From Acanthaster planci (lineage: Eukaryota): a stretch of 64,000 nucleotides of DNA. Made by a program: the position numbers and the translations under genes. Positions 39,601 to 51,751 of this stretch are shown piece after piece (the stretch's first letter is position 1; the number at the start of each line of letters is the position of its first letter). The DNA is taken from contig NW_019091359.1 of the NCBI RefSeq assembly GCF_001949145.1, positions 1,500,540-1,564,539 on the forward strand, read 5' to 3'. The notes beneath the pieces were generated by a model. It saw only the letters and a list, made by a program, of their open reading frames with translations, ran no database searches and had not been told where the DNA came from.

Positions 39601-39707
39601 CGAAACTTCCCGTCGACAAGGTGTACGATTTTTTCAAGAAGCTGAACGCTCAGAAATATCCAGCCATGCGTAGGCCGCCCCTTTTTGAACCACTGCGGAA
39701 ACTTTAG
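36560..39707 (+). CDS. MGAT4/GnT-IV-like (GT54) paralog B, ~312 aa, divergent, EDD motif replaced by DGR
   Basis: Exons 36560-36668, 37788-37873, 38552-38654, 39067-39707 join in frame with the same intron phases (1,0,1) as A and C. Signal anchor MRLRSQSCFMLLLLAAALSIMGVFTTIAYIL. Motifs ALVLGHSRKNK|GFLTIGIPV, LTIVVFARD, GMLQLI, YYLQLDGRV, WVTLEF, LPVD, RPPLF. Confidence 0.82.
37788..37873 (+). CDS. MGAT4-like B exon 2 (stem with internal duplication)
   Basis: tgcag acceptor, GTAAAA donor, phase 1 to 0; encodes ETNRNTEQRLRNTKTNRNAEERPRNTQTE. Confidence 0.6.
37950..38470 (-). mobile_element. Tc1-family transposase relic (C-terminal DDE half) in intron 2 of paralog B
   Basis: Decayed motifs GGGNIML*G, YSEILQGNLKQSVRRLNLGRHYTLQRDND, W..*SSDLNPKEDLW, and a C-terminus KGNATKY*. 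Confidence 0.85.
38552..38654 (+). CDS. MGAT4-like B exon 3
   Basis: tgcag acceptor, GTATCT donor; ends HIDREGALVLGHSRKNK. Confidence 0.75.
39067..39707 (+). CDS. MGAT4-like B exon 4 (degenerate GT54 domain)
   Basis: ttttccacag acceptor; open frame to TAG within ORF 38961..39707. Confidence 0.85.
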
Positions 39708-42689
39708 CATTGTACGCTTCATCGATACACTCTTTTTGGATGTGACACATGCTTACTGACACAGGTCAATCAGAATTTCTCAAAGGGGCAAATGTACGGG
39801 TAATAGGTAAATCTGATAAGTGGATCTGATGAAGGGGTTCCAATTATTGAATGACGATGTGTCATCTTACTCCCAAAATAGAAATGGAAATTGCATAAAA
39901 ATGTGGGGAGGTACCCGTGTTTAATCTTAAGTGGAGCACGCCCTCAACATTTTTCCTTTATGTTTATATTGTTGCATAGCAACATATCTGATTACTTTCA
40001 AACTTAGATGATTGTGTTCCTACGCCTTTAGAGCACTGATCTGTATTAAAGAGATACAGTGCTATAGAGCCTAAAAGTTGACCCCTGATGGCGCACTTCC
40101 GGAACCCCCTTGGATAGCAAAAATAACGCGCAAAGATTTTACATCTTGTAATTTTTTTTTTTTCACTTTCTTCTTAAAAAATCCTACTCAGAAAAAGACT
40201 TTGAAAAATATTTGCTAATACATGTATATCATTTGTTGAAACTGAGAAATTACTTGATCTAATAGAGAAATATCTTGCCAAAAATTGACCCATCACTTCC
40301 GAAAACCTAAAATACATGAAGAACAGTGCAATGCGGCAGTCTTGTACGCAAATGAACACAATCATGTATTTACAGTTTGAAATTTTTCGGTAGCCTGTTG
40401 GTAAAAGCCAAAATAAAAACAGCTCAAAATGTTTTACACATTTGGATAATTTATAAGGTAATGAACATAAAGCAATATTCTACTTCTAATATTCTAATTA
40501 TTATTATATTATTCTAATATTTTATCCAACCTTTGTTGACAACACTGCGTGATGTCAACTCAAAGGAATCGACAGCAGGTATGTAAATCTTTTCAAGGTT
40601 GTACAATCTCGTTCTCAAGATAGCACGCCGAGTGAAAACAAACGCGTATGAACAAGGAGACCTGGGTACGATATCGCTGGACGTGAAAGGTCGTTATTTC
40701 GTTTTGTAACACATCTCCAGGTGACTTTCCCAATATATTACTTGAGGAAGACAAAGGTAAAATTCCATAATGAGTGTTTCATGGAGTGGTTTCGGTAAGG
40801 AATTATTTTTCTGAAAATTATCGAATGTGATAGGACGGCCCAATGTAAAATCCCTATAGGCAGGCCGCGCAAGGGTTCCGACAGCTCGCTCCATGAATGC
40901 TTTCAAGCTCTATTTTGGAAACAGTTCTGGTTTCTTTGATGGCTGGGATTCCCAAAGATACTTTTGGTTTAGTCTTTGTCGAATTCTGGATTTAATTATA
41001 GGGTAGCTTCAAGATGATTAAAGGGGTATTGTCTGTTTTAACTATTTATACCGCGGGTTTGGATACGCCATTCCCTGCTCGTTTTGCCGAGCTCGCGGCA
41101 GTGTTCAGTGCACGCTCCTCTTCTATGGCCGACGCTTTATGAACAAAGGGTCTGACCTTCCGCCTGAGATAGATTCCGTCAACTTTTGCCTGCTCAGCGG
41201 CTTCAGGCCGAGGCCTGCGGACCATTCTTTGGGGACCTAGGACCCATGGTGTCTGGGGTTGTCTGTTGGGTGATCAACTAGGAATAAAATACATCTGTGA
41301 TTTTATAAACTGAGTCGTCGTATTCATCCCTAATACCAAGAGTTCATGCTCATACCTGCAGGGACTCAGGTTCTGCCCCAGCCGGCGTGCAAGCGCTGCT
41401 ACTACAAACATAAAACGAGTCTCTGTCTGAATTTTTTGGGTTTTGATTGCGGACATGGACCAAAAAGACGTTCCTAGAAATGTAACATTTGGAGTATCAA
41501 CATAAAGCGCTAATATCATAAGAGCAGTTACAGTGGGTTTGATAATACACGACAACGTATTTATATGAGCTAACTCCTTACACATGATTCGAGAATAACA
41601 TGAGATCTACACCTTCGAAAAAAGGTTGCTAGTTCGAGACGTGTAAGCTCGCAAGTAATCAAAAGGAAACTCCAGTGAACCCCTGGGACGATTTCTCAGT
41701 GATAAAACCAGCAATTAAACCATTTCATGTATTTGTAATCCTTAGTTGCCAGGTGTTTTGTCTGATACAAACATCACTTCACAGCTCTATTTTAGCAACT
41801 TGTTTGACCCTTTATAAAGCAAATGGAGCTGAAAAAGGTTTGTTTTAACCTTATTCTTTTTCCACATTTCTTTGGGAAACACTATTTGATAGCAAATGTT
41901 CACCCTTAAGCCCTGTCTATAGGTTGCTGAATTGTAGAGATTGGTTTCGTCTGTGAACTCAGCTAATTTTATTCGAAAGTTTATATGAGTAAATGATTTT
42001 TGTCTGTGTCTGAGTACAAAATATTACTTTATAAAATTCTTTTAAACTGCATGACAGTGCTTAGGAGATTAATGAATGAGATGAAACATGACTGTTATGT
42101 CTGAACCCACATGTACATCTCCAAATATCTACCTTGTACACATTAACATTTAAGTATCCACAAATAACCGTTGTGATTTTGGGAATCCATGCAATTATTG
42201 TTGCCACTGTACTATTATGGACACGTATGTTTTCTAAAATGATCTAATGAAAAAGCTAGAGAAAAGTGCTCCTGTTGAGAATGCTCTCGGGGGAAGAGGG
42301 TTAGTTCATTCTAGTGGTGATCAAGAAACACCAAGAACTAACCAACATATCAATGTCATATTAATAATGTCCGGTGGGGAAAAGGGTCTGCCCGGTAGAT
42401 AATGTGTGGCTCATGACGGTAGAAATTGAGCAAGGCATGAAGCAGGACAGAGGCAGAAGAGGTTCAGGATCCCAACAATTGTTTTTTAAAATTTTCCAAA
42501 CAAAACTTTATTTGGACTTCTGAAATGTACGTAAGTGTGCTGCCTGAAAGAAGTTGAAAGTCCCTCTTACAAATAAATTAATGTAAGTTTAACCTGATAA
42601 CCTGACACTGGAACGGCAGTACACCACATACAGTGTACACCACATGCTTTAGATATTGTCCAATTTTATTTCCTATTTTCATTCGTTAG

Positions 42690-43135
42690 TCCTCAAGGCA
42701 GATTAAATTTTGGAGGTGAACCGGCGCATTTGGGGAACCCCTTTCTACGCTTCCAAATATGAAGTAAAATTTGACAATACTGAAAGTGTGTCGTGTACAT
42801 TTTGATTTAAAGAGGCAGTATTTTCAGCCACGTTTAATACCTATTGCACTATGCAAGCAGAAGAGAGGGATTCCCCCATGAGACCTTTAATTGAGACATA
42901 ACTAGTTTACCGATTTAGCCTCCTCCAAAATTTGATCTGCCCAGAGGACGGAACAATGCAAATATGACAATATCGAAAGCATGTGGTGTAAATTTTGTTA
43001 CAAAGAGACAGAATTTTCAGTGTCTTCAGCCTAATTAGCAGAAGAGAGTTAGTCCCCTAAGTTTGACCTTTGATTAAGACATAATTAATTGACCAATTTA
43101 ACCCCCTCCAAAATCTAATCTGCTACAGGGACGAA
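42690..43135. mobile_element. MITE-like element with inverted end and an internal ~185-bp direct duplication
   Basis: gcagattaaattttggagg (42698) is the inverse of cctccaaaatttgatctgc (42922) and cctccaaaatctaatctgc (43104). Confidence 0.55.
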
Positions 43136-43662
43136 TCTCCTTGTAGTGCATGTATATTGCACTTTTTTAAACCGCGGCCAAGAGCAGCTCTGCTCTGCGA
43201 ATCGAAGTGACTGTGCGCGATCTTAGGCTATTCAATGCACGGGCAGCTTCCAAGTCACCGGCTTTAGCGCCGTGCATTAATACACTTAGTAAATGGACCG
43301 AAGCTTGAGGCACTATTGTATTGAATATCCTAAGATGGCCGCGCGGTCACTTCAATTCACACATAGGCAGTTACGGAGAGTTATATGGTGGCTCGTGAAG
43401 ACCAAGGAGAATGGGTTGAATGGCTATCTACAACTTTTATTTTTGTATTTTGTGATTTTTAATTTTTTTTTAAAAGTGAAAATTACTTCTTAGGTGAGTA
43501 GGAAAGAAACGAAACTGTATAGTCATTTATCAAAATAAATGGGGTATATTTCTCCCCCCTATTACCAAAGTGAATGAGCCCGAAAGGTTATTTGCTTTTG
43601 AATTCCCCCCCCCCACCAAAACCTGAATACGCCACTGGTATCATATTTTATGCAGCTAGTTA

Positions 43663-44384
43663 TTAGACCTTTTTCACATAGGTCCTGGCCTTTGCTTTTC
43701 TGTGTTCCTTCTTTGTGTTTTTTAAGTCCAGCGTGGATACCACTCCCAAGTGTTTGAACAGGGTAGGTTTGATCGCCAAGCGTTTCTTGTGACCGCCAAG
43801 TTCCTTGAAGTAAAGGAAGAGGTAATCCACTGGCTGTTCCTGATAGAACTGCACCAAGAACCGGGCCAAAGGCAGGAGGTCCTTGTCACGGAACAGCTTG
43901 CCAGAGCCAGTGGAACCGATGTCCATCAACACCCACTTGTCCTCGGAGTGACGTTTGATGAAGTCCCGGATTATCTGCAAGTATCCTGGACGGGATACTT
44001 CCAGATCGTCGTCCATCTCAAGGAAGTAATGGGACATACCGGCACAGTAGGCGAATAAGAAGACGCTGTCGATATTTTCCTTGGAGCGCCACTGCACTCG
44101 CTCCTCTGAATCGTCATAGGTATGCTTCAGGTTCGAGAAGGAGGGGTAGAAAGACCTCGGTGCTATGATGAGTTGCAAGAGGCCGCTCTGAATGTGCTCG
44201 GAGTAATTGCCTACCACTTTCAAAGCCTCCTTTCGACCTCGTTCGTGGTAGTCGCACGCAAACACCACGATCCGCATCTGCGACCTTTCGGTGTCGTTGG
44301 TGTGTTTGATGAGGGCTCTCAAAGTCTGGTCCAAGTAGCTGGTATTCTTTCTTTCCGCTGTAGTCACACCTATCGTCAGAAAGC
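43663..44384 (-). CDS. MGAT4-like C exon 4 (GT54 catalytic domain)
   Basis: Matches ORF 43663..44367 extended to the CAG acceptor. Confidence 0.9.
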
Positions 44385-47139
44385 CTGGGTATAAAAATGA
44401 AGGAAATAGGCCTAAGAAAGCTTTTCAAGAGTCACTTTTCAGGCAGCAGTCCCCTGGACGACACAGAAGACCACTCATATTGGTTTAAAAAGAACAACTG
44501 ATTCCTCCCACGACTGGTTAATCAGTATACAATATTAAATGTTACAAATTTTTGCGGCATTTTCAGTGCGTCAAGGGATTGGATGACAGACATGGAATGT
44601 ATTCTATGTACAGTGGAACTAAAGAACTGGAACTAGCACTAGAAAATATTTAAAATCAACTATCAATCAAAATCTGAAGAATTATTTCACAGAAATCATA
44701 TTACAAATCTTACAATTAGAAGAAAATTTTGAACCTCTTTCTTTATAAGAACAGTAGTATCTACAGTTGACTATGATCGTGAACAACTGGTCAAAGTCTG
44801 TGGTAGTACTGTAGGACCATCTCTTTCAGGCAGATGTGGGGTGCTGAAAAGAACCGAGAAATTGAAACTCGACGTTTTAACTAGTGTACTCTAAACAACC
44901 CAACTAGTAGATGATGACGCTGTCATTCAAGGGGTTTGGGAAATTGGTGGTTGGTTGTGCCTGACGTGTTGGGTGCGAATGGTGATGGTCATGGAGACTA
45001 GGATGCCAGATTCTAGTCGTTGCCCTAGGCGTTGAAGCGTGGATGCCGAAGGATGTTGAGGAAGCTTTTGGGTTATTCCCTGGATGCTAGGAGAAGTGGA
45101 AGCCAAATGTTGGCCTTCCCTCTGGTTTGCAGGAAAAGGTTAAATTTTCTGTGCAAAGATTTAATGAAGAGGTTTTACCTTTGTCTTTTCTACGATGACC
45201 GAGGATTAGTGCCTTGTCTCTGTCCACGTTATCTAAGGCCATACAGCCCGCCTCAGTGGGCTCTGGATGTGCCAACGTTATCTTACTCCCTTCCTGCGGA
45301 AAATGGATAAAGGGAATTGTGCTGCCTATGTCATCAATTTCAAAGTGGGATTTATTGTAATTTTTTTGATTGATACACTGGGCATAAAATAGTGCTGTTT
45401 GAAATCAGTAAATTTAAGATGGGCCCATGCTGACTGGCTTATTTTGACTCAGAAAGGGAGAGTATACAGACAGGAAATAAAGTCAAAAAGTCAGTAATTG
45501 AATCTCTACAGACAATTCTCAAGAACAACGAGGAAATGTATTTGACAATCTGACTATTAAGTGACTGTCAGACTGTCTGATTGAAAGTAGCCAGTCAGCC
45601 CCACTAGTTCTGGCCGTAAAAACCAAGAACATTTGACGCTTTTATAAACTAAACACAAATTGTTTAACGTATATAATGTTTATCATCGGGATACACACCA
45701 TTAAACGCCTGTTTGGCGCCATAAAACGGGAATTCCGTTATCTTTCACAAGGACATCTGCAAGGTTTCTGCAATCTCCAATTGCAGATTAAGACTATCAA
45801 AAGCATGTCCTGTGACACAGAACGTAACCAACAGAGGAGCTTTAATACTAATGGGGCAAATTCTCTTGTGGCCGAGGGTTACTTCAAACAAGTGGAATGC
45901 AGTTAGAGAGAGGAGATTTCAAAGGCACATCATGCATGACATGTTACAACAGTACCTTGTCTTTTGTCACAACTTCTCTCCTACTCGTATTGTCGAGAAT
46001 CTCTGGTCTTGGCCGTCCAGCGTTAGTTTCATCCATCCCCGATAAGAAAGGTAATTTACCTATCGGATGATAAAATGGGTGACGCCAGGCTCAAGAAAAA
46101 GTCAGACACGTCCAGTGAATGCATGCGTCACAAGGCCTTGTCTGAAAGTATTGCCAACGCAAATCTACATGCACGTGATCCAGATTTCAATGCAATATGT
46201 TTTAGTCTGAAAAGGATTCTGATATGGAATTTGATCAGAGGAGTGAAGAGGAGACTGTAATTCCCTGACCAAGCGTCAAAGAGGGCGGTGTTATACTTTG
46301 TTTTTTTGTGCAAGAATGGGTCCACAACCATATGAGAAGAAATTGAGTCACCCTCGAAGCGCTCAGTACAGACACTAGGAATTTCTTGACTTCTAATTCG
46401 ACTGGCTACATACCCCCCAAACTGTGTTTCTGGTTTACAAGATATGCACACCATAAACATCCTTCACAGCTGTCTCGTGATGTACTTTACTACTTAAACG
46501 CACAAAATAAACACAGACACTGTGAAAAGATAAACACAGACAATAAATCGCTTTTAAGAGAATGACATTTTAAATCATTGTCATTTCTCGTTGGCATTAG
46601 CATGAAAATCAAAGGGCCTCAAATGCCTCTAAAGTGACACACTAAAACTTAAAAACCAGTGTTAGGGCCAAACTTACACTTATTCTATCCAGCCTGGTGA
46701 GGGTGTTATGCAAGCAAAACGGAGGGGCTGTATGCAACATGGCTCCGTGTGACTAGGAAATGTTTTAATGTGTCTCCACTTTGTTGGAAGAATTTATCCA
46801 ATTAAGGTTAGATATAACACGGAAGAATATTTTGAACTTGATTGAGCTTGAAATAAATAATCTGGATCTGAAGCACCGAATTGATGTGGAACTTATATGG
46901 CAGATTCCGTCAAGTTAAAAGAGACACAACGGAACAATTGTAAGAACCACATCAACTATTGCACTACAACTGCCCTTCAACATTGACGCATGGCTGTTGT
47001 CTAGAAAACAAGGATACAGCTAACCTTTCTGTCTGGTCGTATCTGGAACGTGCTGCACAAACAGGCCTATGAACGTCAATAGATATGCCGTTGCAATCAG
47101 GTAGGTTAGCCTTCGTTTCCAGCGCTGCCGTCTAAACAT
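43663..47139 (-). CDS. MGAT4/GnT-IV-like (GT54) paralog C, ~351 aa
   Basis: Exons 47139-47025, 46059-45956, 45293-45179, 44384-43663 join in frame. Anchor MFRRQRWKRRLTYLIATAYLLTFIGLFVQ. Motifs WRSKENID, YFLEMDDD, FYQEQPVDYL, KPTLFKHLGVVSTL. Close duplicate of A. Confidence 0.88.
44820..45130 (-). mobile_element. Decayed Penelope-like remnant in intron 3 of paralog C
   Basis: ctgaaaagaaccg and gctgtcattcaaggggtttggg are shared with 27720-28010. Confidence 0.5.
45179..45293 (-). CDS. MGAT4-like C exon 3
   Basis: ttttccgcag acceptor, GTAAAA donor; encodes HPEPTEAGC...ALILGHRRKDK. Confidence 0.8.
45956..46059 (-). CDS. MGAT4-like C exon 2
   Basis: TAG acceptor, GT donor; homologous to A exon 2. 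Confidence 0.7.
47025..47139 (-). CDS. MGAT4-like C exon 1
   Basis: ATG at 47139, TM segment, GTTAGC donor. Confidence 0.8.
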
Positions 47140-48049
47140 CTTTCCAAGGTGCCTGTAAGAACCTTCCACAATAAAAGAGACCTCACGAGACTAGGTTAAT
47201 TAAAATAACATGAAATCATCTCACATAACGGGGTCTAACCAGAGTTGTAAAAAAATGATGATTTTTTTGGTCAGTAATCGATAAGTAAACCGGCCAATAT
47301 CAAACTGGAGCGGAATTGTCGAGTACAATTAAGTTGCTGCAGTTATTTCAAATATAGGAATGAACGTACTGTTTTCATCAATGTAGGCTAAGTTGAAAAT
47401 AAACGACGGCATTTCTTTAAATGTAGGCCTACGACAAAACGAACGGATGGTACACACACGCACACACCTTTCTTTTCTACGTCACGAGGACAAATTTTGC
47501 CAATATAGTGGTTAGGAAAGTTATGACTTGCCGTCATATCCGAATCAACAGATTAATTAGGAAAGTTTTACAAAAAATATTGTGGCGCCGACCGACTTTC
47601 GCAAAGGCCACCCCGGCAACCAACCATTTGGTGAACCCAGACAAACGGCTTTCCACTTAAACCTATTGGTGGTGAGTCCGTTTGGAGTGCCGTATGCCTC
47701 CAACACGGGCTGCTGAGTATGGAACGCCAAAGAAGCAAAAACTTTGAGGTAACACATCGATAGTTCTGCTACATCTATCGATCATTCCCCTACATCGATC
47801 AATCGATCTCTTTTAATGAATGAAAAAAGAGTGATGGAACATAAGCGATGACAAAAGTGCGATGAAAAAGACCGATGAAGTTATATCGATGCCAACGTTA
47901 CGCTACCTCTTCCAGTACCAAATAAGACGTGTCCCCTGTAACAGCCCACCAGCTCTCAAAGCCACCCGTATTCATTACCCGTCGGTTTAATTTGGTTTGA
48001 GCCAGTTGGGTGTTTATATCTGGATTCCTTGCGAAAACACATGCAAGAA

Positions 48050-48128
48050 CATTTCTATTTCCTCCTGGATGGGATGCCAGTTCGTTATGGGTGGCTCCCT
48101 AGCCACTTCAGGTACCAATTTTTACTCC
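48050..48128 (-). mobile_element. SINE core fragment
   Basis: ctggatgggatgccagt...ggtaccaatttttactcc resembles a widespread invertebrate SINE core domain (recognised from memory). Confidence 0.35.
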
Positions 48129-48130
48129 TA

Positions 48131-49654
48131 TTAAGTCTAATTCGCCCGGCGGAACCGGTGGAACTATTCTATCAGATGCTACTCAAAAAGTCACCCTCGT
48201 GAAGCTTCCAAAGGGAGTTAGTCCTCGTTAATTCTGAAAATTTCGTAAGTGCCACCCTCTTCCGTCATGATGACGTCATCACCTAACTTTTCTTTTTCTC
48301 GAATTTTGGATATTTATTTTTTTCCCCATCGGTTTTTACACGTTTTCAATAGCCAGCCTTCGGCACTCTGGTCAATAAGACTTATTCCATTCATGTATAC
48401 TCAAAGACCACCATGGAGAGAGGGTCCCAGGACAAAATCATCAAAATGACATCATCAGGGGGTCACGTGACCTAGGATTAAAGCTGCAGTTTTTCTCCCT
48501 AGGTTTCGTACACGTTTTTCTACTAAACCCTAACTAGTGAGTGCAGTCCTCAATTTCGGCTCCAGATTACTATGATAATAAAAGAGAAATCGTGTGGTTG
48601 ACGCTGTTGTTCGATTTGAAATATACCCAAGAGTCAAAATATCAAGTAATATTTCATAAGTCATTTCAGTTCAAGCGCAAATCACATGACATGAACTTAA
48701 AGGAGCAGTTTTGTGTATGTTTTCAGCCCATTGACTTCGTAAATGTTTTCAAGCCACCATTTCGATAACTTGAGATCGTTGATCGTCACCAAAGTAATAG
48801 CCAACAAAGACCCTGATAAAAGAAATTTTGCTTAATTTATGACATCATCGCCTTTTTCTTATTGATTTTTTGGATATTTAATTTTTCGCCATTGGTTTTG
48901 TAGACGTTTCTCAACAGCAAGTCTTCGGCACTCTGGTCAGTCTGACTTATTCCATTTATGTACACCCGTATACCATGGGCAGAGGGTCCCAGGACAAAAT
49001 CGTCAAAATGACATCATCGGGGGTCACGTGACATGAGATGAAAGCTGCATTTTTTCTTAATAGGTTTTGTACACGTTTTTCTACTGAATACTATTGTTGA
49101 CCATAATGAGTGAGTAGTCCTTTACTTCAGTTACTACTGAATACTATGAGAACGAAATAGAAATCGTATAATTTTCTGCTCTGTCAGAATATCAAGTAAT
49201 ATATCATAAAACTTTCAGTTTTAGCGCAAATCACGTGACATGAACAGGAGCAGTGTTTCTGCATGTGCTTTTAGCCCATCAATTTTGTAATTGATTTCAA
49301 GCCACCATTTTGGTAACTTCGCGATGTTTGATCGTTAGCAAAGTTACAGCCAACAAAGACCCTGATACAAGAATTATTCCAGATTGGTGACGCTATCTTG
49401 TGATTTTTATTGATTTTGCATTATTTTATTTCCCCCCAAAGGTTTTGTATACAGTGTACATGTTTTTTCAACAGCTAGTCTTCGGCCCTTTTTTCGATGT
49501 GACTGACGATATGGTGTACACTCTTAGCGCAGCTGCTAGATAGGGTCCAAGAACAAAATCGTCACAGCTCATAAGTCATATACAATTACCTGCTCAACCA
49601 CTCGAAATCCGAAACAGCTCTGTGGTTATTGTTTTAACAACCACTAACTCTAGT
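48131..49654 (-). mobile_element. Helentron-associated (HINE-like) non-autonomous element with ~560-bp tandem core repeats
   Basis: cttcggc marker at 48358, 48923 and 49480. One end reads aactagag with hairpin gtggtt..aaccac; the other has a GC-rich ccgg..ccgg hairpin. Confidence 0.6.
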
Positions 49655-51751
49655 TTTAACGCTTTTTGATGGGGTACGGCTGAGTAATAGGCCTATGTAC
49701 TGTAATCAGTGGTAAAGGAGTCCCTCTAGTTCCCCAAACATTTAGTTGGATACTCTTTGTCATATTATGTCATTTCTTTACTATACATTTACATCTGGGA
49801 ACCAGACAAACGAGGTTGTCTCAAATCCTGCGTACATGTACAAGCTTAAAATGCTTTAAACAGTTGAGAAAATCCAGGGCCCAGTCTATTCTAGTGTTGG
49901 TATTGGCCTGCGTAACGTGTGCATGCAGATATTGCCCGTTATAGGTACATCATTACTAGGAAAAAAGTGAAGGTAAAAAAAAGTCGCATCACAGGCTAAC
50001 TTCGGAGGGCTGGTTCTCGTATGTTCACGAACCGCTCGATTTGCTGTTCGTCAGTCGGCCGCTCGAACGCCGGGAACGTACACCCGGCTATCGCTTGTTG
50101 TTGCATGCAACATGCAGCATCCATGTAGTTCTTTCAGAGTAAACTTTGGAAAGCTGGGCTGAACTCTTTTCTGTTTAAAAAGGAATATTCATTTCTGTGC
50201 TATGGAAAATTGTTGTTAATTTTGTAAAACTTCCCATTGTCTCCCGTTTTGTGAGCCATGTCGCTAATTTTTTGTGGCTGTTTGAAAATCGAAACCCCAC
50301 GAGTTTTTCCGTGTGTTTCTGTAAAACTCTGACGAGGAGGTGGTGTGTGATCCTGTTCCGAGAACAGTGTTCATGAGTCGTGTTTCCGCCGTTCGAACGC
50401 GAGAACAAGAAACCCGTGTCAAGAACTCGACCACACAGTCAGCCGACTAGGGGCGCTGCGTAAACAGCCACTAGCACTGCTAACCAGTAGCAAGCGCGCT
50501 TATGCGCTACAATAGGCCTAAGGCATACATAAATCCGGTTATCACGGACAGATCGGGGCAGCCAACGGGTTATAACCCCCCCAAAAAAGCAGCCAACAAA
50601 TTTTTTTATCAATGAGAGAGGGGCGATTCTTCGGCTCTCCTCATCTTCCTTCCCAAAGCGAATAAAAAGCCCCCAAATATAGCCTCAGCTCCCATAAAGG
50701 CCATAAAAGAATATATGAAAATATCCCTAAATTTTTGGATCCCCATGAAAATTTGGTTTTCCCTTGCCTAAGTTAAAGATCTCACTAAACACTGCATGGC
50801 AATGCATCCCGTTTCATGATCAAATACTGTCTATGCAAATCAGAAGAAAATCGAAGTCAGCCTGGTTTGCCTAACATGTAGTGTATTTTTATAGTTCAAC
50901 AAGATTCAGGCACGATGCTGATTCACGTGTAGTTCTTCAACGGCTTGAATACCAACAACTGCTATGACAACAACCCGTGAATCCATAAAAGAAAAAATGG
51001 GCATTGCGAACAGTCAGTGCATTTAAGATATTTACAATATTAATCTGAACAGAGCAAAAACATTCAGTTTTTATGGAGTAGGACTCTAGTTTTCTTACAT
51101 ATTCGAGACTGCTTAAATTATGTGCCTCACAGTATTTACTATTTACATATTATGGTTGTAAAATTCAAACTGCCCTATAAAATAGACGATACTCATGACA
51201 AACTGTGTTTCAATGTAATCTGTTAAATGACATGGTACCAAACTATTTTGAGTTCCAAACCTCACTCTCAGTGTTTCCAAATAATAATTATTCTAAACAA
51301 AATGTAACCTAAATTTGTATTTCACTACCCCTTGTCAAGTTCCCAAACTTAAACAGTTTCAAATATTTAAAGATGGCCGACGCATGAATACAGTCTACAT
51401 TGGTTGGGACAATGTTTGCGCTTTTTTTCCCTAGCATGCAATGGCACCTATTCCACACTGAACATGTCCTTTTTAACGGCTGAGTACAAACTGACAATGA
51501 AACAACAGATTCAAAACCGCTACGCTTCATTTGCACGGGCAAACATTCATTGTTCGTCTTTGCAGGCTATGCGTTGTAATCCATGCATGTATCGGCATGT
51601 GAGACCCGACGACTGGGCTTCTAATAATATGCATCTGTACAATGAACAAATCATTGGTGATGTGAATGTGTGTGTTTTCGAATTCAACTTCTCCACGACG
51701 CAGACGTCATTTTTAAAAGCAAAGTGTGACTGGGATGGGGATTCTTATTCT

